In this document: positions 1-8,771 of the stretch, piece by piece | How positions within the stretch are numbered: the stretch's first letter is position 1 | Layout of the letters: every line of letters begins with the position of its first letter | Source: Leptonemataceae bacterium | Lineage (GTDB): Bacteria > Spirochaetota > Leptospiria > Leptospirales > Leptonemataceae | Assembly: GCA_965227295.1 (NCBI GenBank) | Contig: OZ245742.1 | Location: 3,968,001-4,032,000, forward strand | Direction: 5' to 3' | Length of the DNA: 64,000 nucleotides | Translations under genes and position numbers: made by a program | The notes under the pieces: model-generated | The model's database searches: none | What the model was told of the DNA's origin: nothing | What the model saw: the letters and a program-made list of their open reading frames with translations, nothing else

Positions 1-1050
1 ATCCGCCGAAGCCACCGATTCTCGATGAAAACTCCGGCACCGGCCCATCTGAAAATCGATGGAACACAAGAACGGCTCCGGGTTGATCCGCTGCGAGGTA
101 CCGAGCCAGATTTCGTAATGCAAATGCGTACCCGTGGCGCGACCGGTGCGGCCCATGGTGCCGATGCGCTGGCCGCGAAAGACCTGATCGCCGACGCGCA
201 CTTCGGTGCGATTCATGTGCGCGAACATGCTGTAATAACCGAAGTCGTGTTTGATGACCACCGCGCGACCGTAGCCGTTGCCGGCGCCGTAGACGCGATG
301 GACTTCACCGGGACCGGTGGCGTAGATCGGTGTGCCCAGGGGGCCGGAGGTATCGAAGCCGGTGTGGAACTCGAAGCCCTGTTTCGTGAGCGGGTTCACA
401 CGAACGCCGTAGCGCGACGTATCGTGCAGGCCGCCGAAGTTGCGAAAGGGACGGCCCAGGGGCATTTCGGTGTACACGCCGAGGCCGTCTTCTAAAGATT
501 CCGTAAGGGCTGCCAGCAGCGGCGTGTGGCCGTCGAGCAGATACTGCGTGGTGCGCAGGGCGTAGACGGGCGGTAGATACTCGGAAATGCCCATCTCCGG
601 ATCCTCGATGCTTTCGCGGAGCAGCATGAGTTGCGCGCGATCCACCATGGCGGATTCCGTCGGCAAAACACCCAGCTCGTACTCCGGAACGCCCAGGACT
701 TCCGAGATGCCGAACAGGCGTTCCCGCAGGTCGCGCTTCATCGCGCGGGTTTCGTTGACGCTGCGGGTGAGTTCTAACGCGCGCTGGAAGTTATCGCCGT
801 AGCGCGTTTGGAGGCGATTGATTTCCTGCACATGCAGGCGCTTCAGATAAAAACCGTAGAAAGCCAGGAAGACCGCCAGGGCCAGCGTGCCCGCCAGAAA
901 GACGATCATGAACCAGTTCAACTGGAGGGAGAACATCTTTTCCTGGCCATGGGGAATGACCATGATGGTGAGACGCTCTTCGCCTTTCTTACGAAACTTG
1001 AGGGCGAGACTTTCGTAGAATTCCCGCAGCTTTTCGATGAGACGGTCCAT
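1..1050 (-). CDS. M23 family metallopeptidase (runs off the window start, 3' partial)
   Basis: Not in the ORF track because there is no stop in the window. Manual translation from ATG at 1050 gives MDRLIEKLREF..., one TM segment, then FHTGLD...GYGRAVVIKH...AHM...GTMGRTGRATGTHLHYEI (M23 HxxxD and HxH motifs). Confidence 0.9.
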   Translation of the reverse strand, partial: MDRLIEKLREFYESLALKFRKKGEERLTIMVIPHGQEKMFSLQLNWFMIVFLAGTLALAVFLAFYGFYLKRLHVQEINRLQTRYGDNFQRALELTRSVNETRAMKRDLRERLFGISEVLGVPEYELGVLPTESAMVDRAQLMLLRESIEDPEMGISEYLPPVYALRTTQYLLDGHTPLLAALTESLEDGLGVYTEMPLGRPFRNFGGLHDTSRYGVRVNPLTKQGFEFHTGFDTSGPLGTPIYATGPGEVHRVYGAGNGYGRAVVIKHDFGYYSMFAHMNRTEVRVGDQVFRGQRIGTMGRTGRATGTHLHYEIWLGTSQRINPEPFLCSIDFQMGRCRSFHRESVASAD

Positions 1051-1142
1051 GCCGGGCGGAGTGCCCACACTCGATGGCAAGTTCCCCCTGTCAAATGCTA
1101 TATTTTTATTTACCGGATGAGCCGCAGGCGAAACACGTCCTT

Positions 1143-2699
1143 ATGTCCGGCAAAGATTCGCAGAAGAAATCGAACCAGAAAGCCCCCCCGCAAAATCCTG
1201 AAGAAGATCTGTCGCCTTCGGACATCTACGAAATGCGCCTGCGCAAGCTGGCCGTTTTACAGGAGTCCGGCAAGGACCCCTACATGCAGGAGTTCCAGCC
1301 GGAGATCGGTGCCGCGGATTTGCTCCAGGTTCCCGAGGCCGAGTTCTCCGAGGAAACCACATTTGCCGTGGCCGGTCGCATTCGTTCGAAGCGGCTCATG
1401 GGCAAGGCCGGATTCTTCGACCTGGAAGATGCGAGCGGCCGCATTCAGCTCTACGGCAGCAAGAAGGATCTCGGTGACGACTACGAACTCTTCACCGGCC
1501 TGGACCTCGGCGACGTCGTCGGCGTGCGCGGCTTCTTATTCGTAACGAAGACCGGCCAGACCACGCTGCATCTCAAAGCAATCATCCTGCTCGCGAAGTG
1601 CCTGCGCCCGCTGCCCGCCGTCAAAGAGGCGGACGGCAAGGTCTTCGACGCCTTCGCCGACAAAGAGCAACGCTATCGCCAGCGCTACGTCGATCTCATC
1701 GTCAATCCTCACGTGCGCGATACGTTCGTTCTGCGTTCGCGTATCGTCCAGACCATGCGCCAGACGTTGACGGAGCGCGACTTTCTCGAAGTAGAAACGC
1801 CCATGATGCATCCCATCCCGGGCGGGGCCGCGGCCCGGCCGTTCATCACGCATCACAACACACTGGACATGGATCTGTATCTGCGCATCGCGCCGGAGTT
1901 GTATCTCAAACGACTCATCGTCGGCGGTTTTCCGAAGGTGTTCGAAATCAACCGAAACTTCCGGAACGAGGGCATCAGCTTCAAGCACAACCCCGAGTTC
2001 ACCATGCTCGAACTCTACGAAGCCTACGGCAACATGAGCACCATGCTGGCGCTCTGCGAAGAGCTGATCGCGGGAACGGCGCAGAAGCTACTCGGTGACT
2101 ATAAGATTCCGTACGGCGATGACACCATCGATCTCACGCCGCCCTGGACACGCCTGCCGTACCTCGAAGCCATTGAAAAGTACTCCGGCGTGAAACTCGA
2201 AGAGGGCATGGCCGTGGACGCGGCGCGCTCCGCCGCGGAAAAGGCCGGCCTCAAGCAAGACGCTCTCGCCGACTGCGACTCCGTCTGGAAAGTCGCGGAG
2301 CTGTTGTTCGACGAAAAGGTGGAGCACCATCTCGTACAACCGGTGTTTATTACGGACTTTCCGCTGGAGCTATCGCCGCTCGCGAAGGCGTATCCGGATC
2401 GCCCGGAAGTCGTGCAACGCTTCGAGCCGTACATCTGCGGCCGCGAGATGGGCAACGCCTTCAGCGAGTTGAACGATCCTCTGGATCAGAAGCGACGCTT
2501 CGAAGCGCAGGTGAAAGAGCGCGAGGCGGGCAACGCGGAGGGCGGTTACATGGACCTGGACTACGTCCGGGCCCTCGAATACGGCATGCCGCCGACCGGA
2601 GGTATGGGCATCGGCATCGATCGGTTGGTCATGTTGCTCACGAATTCACATAGCATTCGCGATACGATCCTCTTTCCCTTGCTCCGGGCGGAGGGTTGA
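1143..2699 (+). CDS. lysS: Lysine--tRNA ligase, class II
   Basis: OB-fold AGRIRSKRLMGKAGF, GGAAARPFITHHN, YLRIAPELYLKRL, FRNEG, YGMPPTGGMGIGIDRL. Start placed at ATG 1143. Confidence 0.98.
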   Translation: MSGKDSQKKSNQKAPPQNPEEDLSPSDIYEMRLRKLAVLQESGKDPYMQEFQPEIGAADLLQVPEAEFSEETTFAVAGRIRSKRLMGKAGFFDLEDASGRIQLYGSKKDLGDDYELFTGLDLGDVVGVRGFLFVTKTGQTTLHLKAIILLAKCLRPLPAVKEADGKVFDAFADKEQRYRQRYVDLIVNPHVRDTFVLRSRIVQTMRQTLTERDFLEVETPMMHPIPGGAAARPFITHHNTLDMDLYLRIAPELYLKRLIVGGFPKVFEINRNFRNEGISFKHNPEFTMLELYEAYGNMSTMLALCEELIAGTAQKLLGDYKIPYGDDTIDLTPPWTRLPYLEAIEKYSGVKLEEGMAVDAARSAAEKAGLKQDALADCDSVWKVAELLFDEKVEHHLVQPVFITDFPLELSPLAKAYPDRPEVVQRFEPYICGREMGNAFSELNDPLDQKRRFEAQVKEREAGNAEGGYMDLDYVRALEYGMPPTGGMGIGIDRLVMLLTNSHSIRDTILFPLLRAEG

Positions 2700-2712
2700 A
2701 GTATCTTGTTGT

Positions 2713-2842
2713 AACTCCGAGGACCGAGGGGCCGAGGTTTTTTGGGGAGGGTTGGGCTCGTTGATCGTTGGTCAGCTATGCGATTCGGTTTGTTTAAGAA
2801 TCTTCTCCCGCCTTGAATCTCGTACCCTCGGTCCTCGGAGTT
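2713..2842. repeat. REPIN/MITE-like element copy E1
   Basis: Perfect 18-bp inverted repeat aactccgaggaccgaggg / ccctcggtcctcggagtt around a spacer, just after the lysS stop. Confidence 0.85.
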
Positions 2843-2864
2843 AAAAAATCCTCACGGACCCTCC

Positions 2865-4976
2865 ATGCACGACATTCCACTCCTCAAAGAACTCATCGTC
2901 ATTCTCGTAATCGTCATTCCGGCGATCTTAGTGGGCATGCGCCTGCGTATTCCGTCCATCGTCGTCTTCTTGATCGTCGGCGGCGTGTTGGGCCCGTCGG
3001 CTTTCGGACTCGTGGAAAGCCGGCACGAGGTGGAGTTGCTCGCCGAGATCGGCGTGGTGTTGTTGCTGTTTACCATCGGTCTTGAGTTTTCCCTCGAAAA
3101 ACTCGGGCGCCTCAAGTTCCTGGTGCTCTTCGCCGGCGGCGGCCAGGTGGGACTCACGATCCTGGTGGTCTGGTCCACCGCGATGTACGGCGGCGTGAGC
3201 TTCGAGCGGGCCATGGTTCTCGGCTTTCTTGTGGCGCTCTCGTCGACAGTGATCGTGCTCAAGACCCTCGGTGCCCGCGGCGAAGTGGACACGCCCGAGG
3301 GCCGCGTGTCGCTGAGTATTCTGCTCTTTCAGGATTTGATGATCGTGCCCATGATGCTGATCCTGCCGTTGCTCGCGGCCGGTGCCGACGGCGGCGGTGT
3401 GGACCTGGGCAGCCTCACCGCGACGATCGGCGTGGCCTTCGGCGGCGTCGTGTTCATTCTCGTGGGCGCGTATTTGGTCGTGCCGTACCTGTTAAAATTC
3501 ACGGCGAGCGCCAACAATCGTGAACTCTTTTTGCTGACGGTCATTTTCATCGTCTTCGGCACGGCCTACATCGCGACGTACTTCGGATTGTCGCTCGCCC
3601 TGGGCGCGTTCCTGGCCGGGCTCATCGTCTCGGAGTCCGACTACGCGGATCAGGTAGTGGCGGACGTGCTGCCCATGCGCGATGCGTTGTCGTCGTTGTT
3701 TTTCATCGCGATGGGCATGTTTCTCGACGTGGACTTCTTGCGGGAGAATTACGCGCAGGTGCTGGGCGCCGCGGCGATCATTCTCCTGCTCAAGGGCGCC
3801 ATCATCACCTTCGTCGTCTATGCCATGTCCTATCCCTTGCGTCTCGCCATCGTCAGCGGTTTGATCCTCGGGCAGATCGGTGAGTTCAGTTTCATTCTGG
3901 CACTGAGTGCCAACGAATACAGGTTAATCGCCGAGCAGGACTACCAGCTCTTTCTTTCGGCCAGCGTGGCCACGATGATGCTCGCGCCCTTCCTCATTCG
4001 TTACGCCGGGCGCTTCGGTTTTTTACTGGAAGATCGACTCGGCCTGGAACGTCTCTCTCAACCGTTTGTACAACTGCGGCGCATCCTGTCCCGCGAGCGG
4101 ACAGAGGAGACCGGCGTCCGCGAAGCCGGGGCCGACGCCGCTCCGGAATCGGCGTCGCCGGCAAAGACGAAGGCGAAGACGGAGAAATCCGATGCGCTCT
4201 CGGGTCACGTCATCATCGTGGGTTTCGGCAAGTCCGGCCAGCAGCTAAGCCAGGTCCTCGGGCGCGTGGGCATTAAGTTTGTCGTGTGTGAGATCGACCA
4301 CCGGCGCTTTCGTCTGGCCCGGGAACAGGACAGCCCGGCCATCTACGGCGATGCGGCGAGCACCGAGATCCTGCATAAACTCCACGTGCACAGCGCTTCG
4401 TCCCTGGTGCTTACCGCCGGGACGCCGGACATCGTCGCGCGCACCGTGCGCGTGGCCCGCAAAGAAAATCCGCGCATACACGTCATTGCACGGACCCGCT
4501 ACATCGACGACATCGAATCCCTGCGCCTCGCCGGCGTGGATCAGGTGGTGCCGGAGGAAATGGAGACGTCCATCGAGATCTTCTCGTTGGTGCTGCGGCA
4601 CTATCACATCCCGCGGAATGTCGTCGCCACCCAGATCGCCGTCATCCGCAGCGAGGACTACGGCCCGCTGGTGGGCAACGAGGCAGGTTCCACTCAATCG
4701 AAGTTAGAGCAACTCACGCACATTCTTTCGGCCACCGCCACGGAATCCGGCCTGCTCCTGGACGACTCGCCGGCCATCGGCAAAAGCGTCGCCGACACGA
4801 ACATCTTCGGTGAAACGAATGTGACGATCATTGCCGTGGTTCGTTCGGATCAGAGCGTTGCGCACAATCCGGGCGGCGACTTCGTCTTTGCGGCGGGGGA
4901 CATCGTGATTATGATCGGCACCCACGCCGACATCGACGCGGCGTTGGGCGTGCTCGGCGGGAAAGTGGTTTCGTGA
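2865..4976 (+). CDS. CPA2-family cation:proton antiporter (Kef-like) with TrkA-N and TrkA-C domains
   Basis: Multi-TM N-terminal region with LAEIGVVLLLFTIGLEFS, LLFQD and LGAFLAG; C-terminal HVIIVGFGKSG (RCK-N) and an RCK-C domain. Confidence 0.93.
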   Translation: MHDIPLLKELIVILVIVIPAILVGMRLRIPSIVVFLIVGGVLGPSAFGLVESRHEVELLAEIGVVLLLFTIGLEFSLEKLGRLKFLVLFAGGGQVGLTILVVWSTAMYGGVSFERAMVLGFLVALSSTVIVLKTLGARGEVDTPEGRVSLSILLFQDLMIVPMMLILPLLAAGADGGGVDLGSLTATIGVAFGGVVFILVGAYLVVPYLLKFTASANNRELFLLTVIFIVFGTAYIATYFGLSLALGAFLAGLIVSESDYADQVVADVLPMRDALSSLFFIAMGMFLDVDFLRENYAQVLGAAAIILLLKGAIITFVVYAMSYPLRLAIVSGLILGQIGEFSFILALSANEYRLIAEQDYQLFLSASVATMMLAPFLIRYAGRFGFLLEDRLGLERLSQPFVQLRRILSRERTEETGVREAGADAAPESASPAKTKAKTEKSDALSGHVIIVGFGKSGQQLSQVLGRVGIKFVVCEIDHRRFRLAREQDSPAIYGDAASTEILHKLHVHSASSLVLTAGTPDIVARTVRVARKENPRIHVIARTRYIDDIESLRLAGVDQVVPEEMETSIEIFSLVLRHYHIPRNVVATQIAVIRSEDYGPLVGNEAGSTQSKLEQLTHILSATATESGLLLDDSPAIGKSVADTNIFGETNVTIIAVVRSDQSVAHNPGGDFVFAAGDIVIMIGTHADIDAALGVLGGKVVS

Positions 4977-5000
4977 TCCTCTTGCCACAGACGATGATGT

Positions 5001-6080
5001 GTCTTATTCGCAAGAATCGCTATGGTAGCTGAGTCGCACAACCAGCGTCCGGTGTCGGCAAGGCCCCACTTGTTGGGGCCGCGGCAGTTGGTTCCCCACT
5101 GGCAGTATTCTTAACAAAACGAAAATCCACAACTCCTGCGAGCCGTAGCCAAAAGATTCCCTTCACTATGCTGCAACATACTTCATATTCATCCCGGTCA
5201 ACGCAACGAACCGCAGCTCTTGAACTGCCGGAAAGTTTTTATTCGTTCGAGTACGCCCCGAATCGTGGTGTAAGTTGAGGCCAGTTTGGATTAACACTTT
5301 TTTGGGTACAGCTGGTTCCAGCAGATGAACGGAGGTTGTGCCGGGGAACGTGGTAAGGCGCACCGGAACGGCGTCTTCTTCGTAAGAGACGCTACAGTTG
5401 CTGAGTCACAAACCGACGTCCGGGTCGAGGCGGACGATCTTAGCAAAACGAAATACCACAACTCCCGCTTCGCTGTAGCCAAATCAACCCCCTCACGATT
5501 GCGCAACTTACCTTGTGTGTCTCACGGTAAACGCAACGAACTGCAGCTCTTGAACTACCGGAAACGCCCGGGTAGTTCGCACACGCCCCGAATTGTGGTG
5601 TAAGTGGCGGCCAACGTAAAGTAAGTCTTTTGTGGGTACAGCTGGTTCCAGGGGCAAGGCCACGCTTGTCGTGGCCGCGGCAGTTGTTCCCCACCCACGG
5701 AGGTTATGCCGGGGAACGTGTTAAGGCGCACCGGAACGGCGTCTTCTTCGCAAGAGACGCTACAGTTGCTGAGTCACAAACCGACGTCCGGGTCGAGGCG
5801 GGCGATCTTAGCAAAACGAAATACCACAACTCCTGCGAGCCGTAGCCAAATCAACCCCCTCACGATTGCGCAACTTACCTTGTGTGTCTCACGGTAAACG
5901 CAACGAACTGCAGCTCTTGAACTGCCGGAAAGTTTTTATTCGTTCGAGTACGCCCCGAATCGTGGTGTAAGTTGAGGCCAGTTTGGATTAACACTTTTTT
6001 GGGTACAGCTGGTTCCAGCAGATGAACGGAGGTTATGCCGGGGGACGTGGTAAGGCGCACCGGAACGGCGTCTTCTTCGT
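5001..6080. repeat. Tandem array 1 of the ~330-bp non-coding repeat (3 units plus a short start of a 4th)
   Basis: Anchor gtctt(a/c)ttcg recurs at 5001, 5373, 5741 and 6070. Unit lengths are 372, 368 and 329 bp; the first two carry ~42-bp inserts. Confidence 0.95.
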
Positions 6081-6090
6081 AAAGATCCAG

Positions 6091-6152
6091 CAAGCGAATC
6101 CGCACCCCGTAGTCCCGCTCTATCCGCGGGGCGGAGCGGGTGCGGTTGCGCG
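6091..6152. repeat. 62-bp nested hairpin element (type B), copy 1
   Basis: Outer stem ccgcaccc/gggtgcgg and inner cccgc-tctatcc-gcggg. Homologous copy at 30108-30169. Confidence 0.8.
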
Positions 6153-6153
6153 T

Positions 6154-7179
6154 TTACTTTCTAAATAAGTAATGCGTCACTTCCCATTCCTTGCCGCCGC
6201 GCGCGCCGAATAGTTCCGCCACCGCCATGTAAAAGATCCGCCAGTAGGCCCACCACTTCGTGGCCTGATCCACTCCGTAGACGTTCTCCAGAATCGGCCG
6301 GATCCTCTCGCGATTGGCGTCCATGTTTTCCAGCCACGCTTCCGACGTACGTTGATAATGAACGCCGTCGACGACCCACATCTTTTCGATCTGCAACGGC
6401 GGAGCGAAGTGCAGGTACAGATTGCGCGACGGCATGATGCCGCCCGTAAAAAAGTAGCGACCCATCCAATCACTCGGACCTTCGCTTTCGAAAAGATAGG
6501 CCTGCTCGCGATGGTTGAATACGTGAATAAAAAGTTTGCCCTTCGGAGCGAGCCAGCTTCGGACCTTTGCAAACAGGGCCTCGTAGTTGCGCATATGTTC
6601 GAACATTTCCACGGAGACGATGCGCTGGAACTTCTTCTGCGTTTTGAAGACGTTCATGTCCTTCGTAATGACCTGCACGTTCTTGAGATTGCGTGCCTTG
6701 AGTTGTGATTGGATGTACTCGCGCTGGGGTTTTGAGTTGGAGACCGCCGTAATCTTGCTGTTCGGAAAGTTTTCGGCCATAAACAACGTGAGCGAACCCC
6801 AGCCGCAGCCCAGTTCCAGAATGGACTGCCCGTTCGTTATCTCCGCGCGATCCACGGTGAGTTCGAGCATGCGCCGCTCGGCGTCGTCCAGGTTCGTGAT
6901 GTTCGGTTCCCAGTAACACGAGCTGTATTTAAGATGTTTACCCAGGCAAAGTTCGAAGAACGCCGGCGGCAGCTCGTAGTGCTGCTCGTTCGCTTCTTTC
7001 GTCGCGTAAGCGATGTCGGACTTGCGCAGTTCTTCGACGAGTTGCATGAACTCGCGTTGTTGTTCTTCGGAAGATTGGGCCGCGAACCGGCGCAGCCGCC
7101 CGTTGTTCAACCGGCGGATCCCCAGGCGAATGAGCATGTCGGGCAAGAGATTTTTTTCTAACAGACGATCTAATAGCAT
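6154..7179 (-). CDS. SAM-dependent methyltransferase, CFA synthase / coclaurine N-methyltransferase-like family
   Basis: ANEQHYE, KYSSCYW, ILELGCGWGS, VSVEMFEHMRNY, WMGRYFFTGG. Confidence 0.92.
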   Translation of the reverse strand: MLLDRLLEKNLLPDMLIRLGIRRLNNGRLRRFAAQSSEEQQREFMQLVEELRKSDIAYATKEANEQHYELPPAFFELCLGKHLKYSSCYWEPNITNLDDAERRMLELTVDRAEITNGQSILELGCGWGSLTLFMAENFPNSKITAVSNSKPQREYIQSQLKARNLKNVQVITKDMNVFKTQKKFQRIVSVEMFEHMRNYEALFAKVRSWLAPKGKLFIHVFNHREQAYLFESEGPSDWMGRYFFTGGIMPSRNLYLHFAPPLQIEKMWVVDGVHYQRTSEAWLENMDANRERIRPILENVYGVDQATKWWAYWRIFYMAVAELFGARGGKEWEVTHYLFRK

Positions 7180-7235
7180 GTCAGGATGGAAATAAATGAA
7201 CCGTCATCGAACCGGCGACGTTTTAGTTTGATTGC

Positions 7236-8672
7236 ATGGCGAAAAGCGAAAGAGCTCCCACGAACGGCGACGAAGCAAAGCTCCCGCTGCGCGCGAAGCT
7301 CGGATATGGTACCGCGGAACTCGGCGTCAGCGCCGTGGAGATGCTGATCCAGGTATACCTGCTCAAGTTTTACAACGTCGTCGTCGGCCTCGATGAGATC
7401 TGGACGGGCCTGGCCCTGGCCATCGCCGTACTCTGGGACGCGCTGAGCGATCCCATTATGGGCGCCATCTCGGATCGTACGCGGAGCAGGGCCGGCAAGC
7501 GTCGGGTCTACTTCATTCCGGGCGCGATTGCGCTGAGTGTTTCGTTTATTCTGATCTTCAACCCGCCGGAGCTGGACTCGCAGCTCTTTAAGTTTCTGTT
7601 CCTGCTGGTTACGTATCTCATGGTCAACACCGGCATGACCATCATCGCGGTGCCCCATTCGGCTCTGGGCGGCGAACTCTCCTTTAATCGCGACGAACGC
7701 ACCGAGGTCTACGGTTCGCGACTCTTCTTCGGCACTGTCGGTCTGCTTGTGGGGACGATCCTGCCCGGCCTGGTCCTGGCGGGCCTCGGCGGCAAAGAAA
7801 CTCCGGAGAACATCGAGACCTCGCGCAACCTGGCGAGCGTTTACCTGGCCGTCCCCATCTTAGTTACCGCCGTGCTCTCGTACTGGTCCACCGCCGGACG
7901 GGAGCGGGCGCATCAGGACGTGGTCGCCGGTGAGGGCGGGGTGGGCGCGTTCTTTGTGTCGCTCTGGCAAATCATCCTTAGCCCGGTGTTCCTGCCGCTG
8001 CTTCTGGCCTTCGCCGTAGCCGGCATCGGCCGGGCGCTCAACGCATCGATCGCGCTGTACTACTACGAATATCGCCTGGAGCTGCCGGAGAGCGAAACGG
8101 TCTTCAAGATTCTACTGCCGTTCTTCTTTTTTATCATCGCATCGATCCTGCCCTGGGTCTTCGCGTCGAAACGCCTCGGTAAAAAATGGCCGGCCTTTTC
8201 GGGAATTTTCGGCCTCGGTCTCATGACCTGCATCGTCTACCCGCTCTTTCCGCCCGGCGATGCGACGTGGCCGTTGATCGCGGCGTTCATCGGCGGCATG
8301 CTCGGCGGCGCCCTCGTCCTGTTGGAATCCCTCGTCGCCGACATCGTGGACTACGACGAACTCAAGACCGGCCAGAACCGGGAGGGACTCTACTTCGGCG
8401 CCTGGCGGATGAGTACGAAGGTCTCCCGGGCGGTGGGCATTCTCTTCGCGGTGGCGCTGTTGAGTTTGATCGGCTTTGAACGCGAGGCCGCGGAGCAAAG
8501 CGCGGGCACGCTCACCGGTCTCGCGCTTATCTTCGGTCCGGGGGTGGGGCTGCTGTTTATTGCGGGGGCCTTGCTGTTTGCGCTCATGCCGCTCACCGAT
8601 CGGAAGCACATGCAGGTGCAGCGGATTCTGCGCCGGCGACGGAATCGAAATTCCGCAATGCATCGGACTTGA
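7236..8672 (+). CDS. MFS transporter, glycoside-pentoside-hexuronide (MelB-like) family
   Basis: About 12 hydrophobic segments; WDALSDPIMGAISDRTRSRAGKRR and ADIVDYDELKTGQNREGLYFG motifs. Confidence 0.9.
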   Translation: MAKSERAPTNGDEAKLPLRAKLGYGTAELGVSAVEMLIQVYLLKFYNVVVGLDEIWTGLALAIAVLWDALSDPIMGAISDRTRSRAGKRRVYFIPGAIALSVSFILIFNPPELDSQLFKFLFLLVTYLMVNTGMTIIAVPHSALGGELSFNRDERTEVYGSRLFFGTVGLLVGTILPGLVLAGLGGKETPENIETSRNLASVYLAVPILVTAVLSYWSTAGRERAHQDVVAGEGGVGAFFVSLWQIILSPVFLPLLLAFAVAGIGRALNASIALYYYEYRLELPESETVFKILLPFFFFIIASILPWVFASKRLGKKWPAFSGIFGLGLMTCIVYPLFPPGDATWPLIAAFIGGMLGGALVLLESLVADIVDYDELKTGQNREGLYFGAWRMSTKVSRAVGILFAVALLSLIGFEREAAEQSAGTLTGLALIFGPGVGLLFIAGALLFALMPLTDRKHMQVQRILRRRRNRNSAMHRT

Positions 8673-8771
8673 ACGGTGTTCGACATGGAATCCGGAACGT
8701 CTCATCTTGCAAGAAAAAGATTGGACGATGGTCGGATTCTGTCGTAACCTGAGCATAGGTCCGAAATCCAT

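Noticed and set aside
25..1545. Plus-strand ORFs 25-495, 587-802 and 808-1545
   Set aside because: Antisense or off-frame shadows of the M23 peptidase and lysS.
5001..6080. CRISPR or TIGR-like guide array interpretation of the 330-bp repeats
   Set aside because: No single 25-45-bp repeat with unique spacers; the variable blocks are homologous alleles, and no cas or effector gene is nearby.
5166..6105. Short ORFs inside array 1, and 29952-30902 inside array 2
   Set aside because: Frames are not conserved between units (lengths 328/329/331 with single-base indels), and there are no recognisable motifs.
8673..8771. CarH operator (tandem 11-bp direct repeats)
   Set aside because: No convincing periodic repeat here or at 9663-9734, so direct regulation remains an inference.
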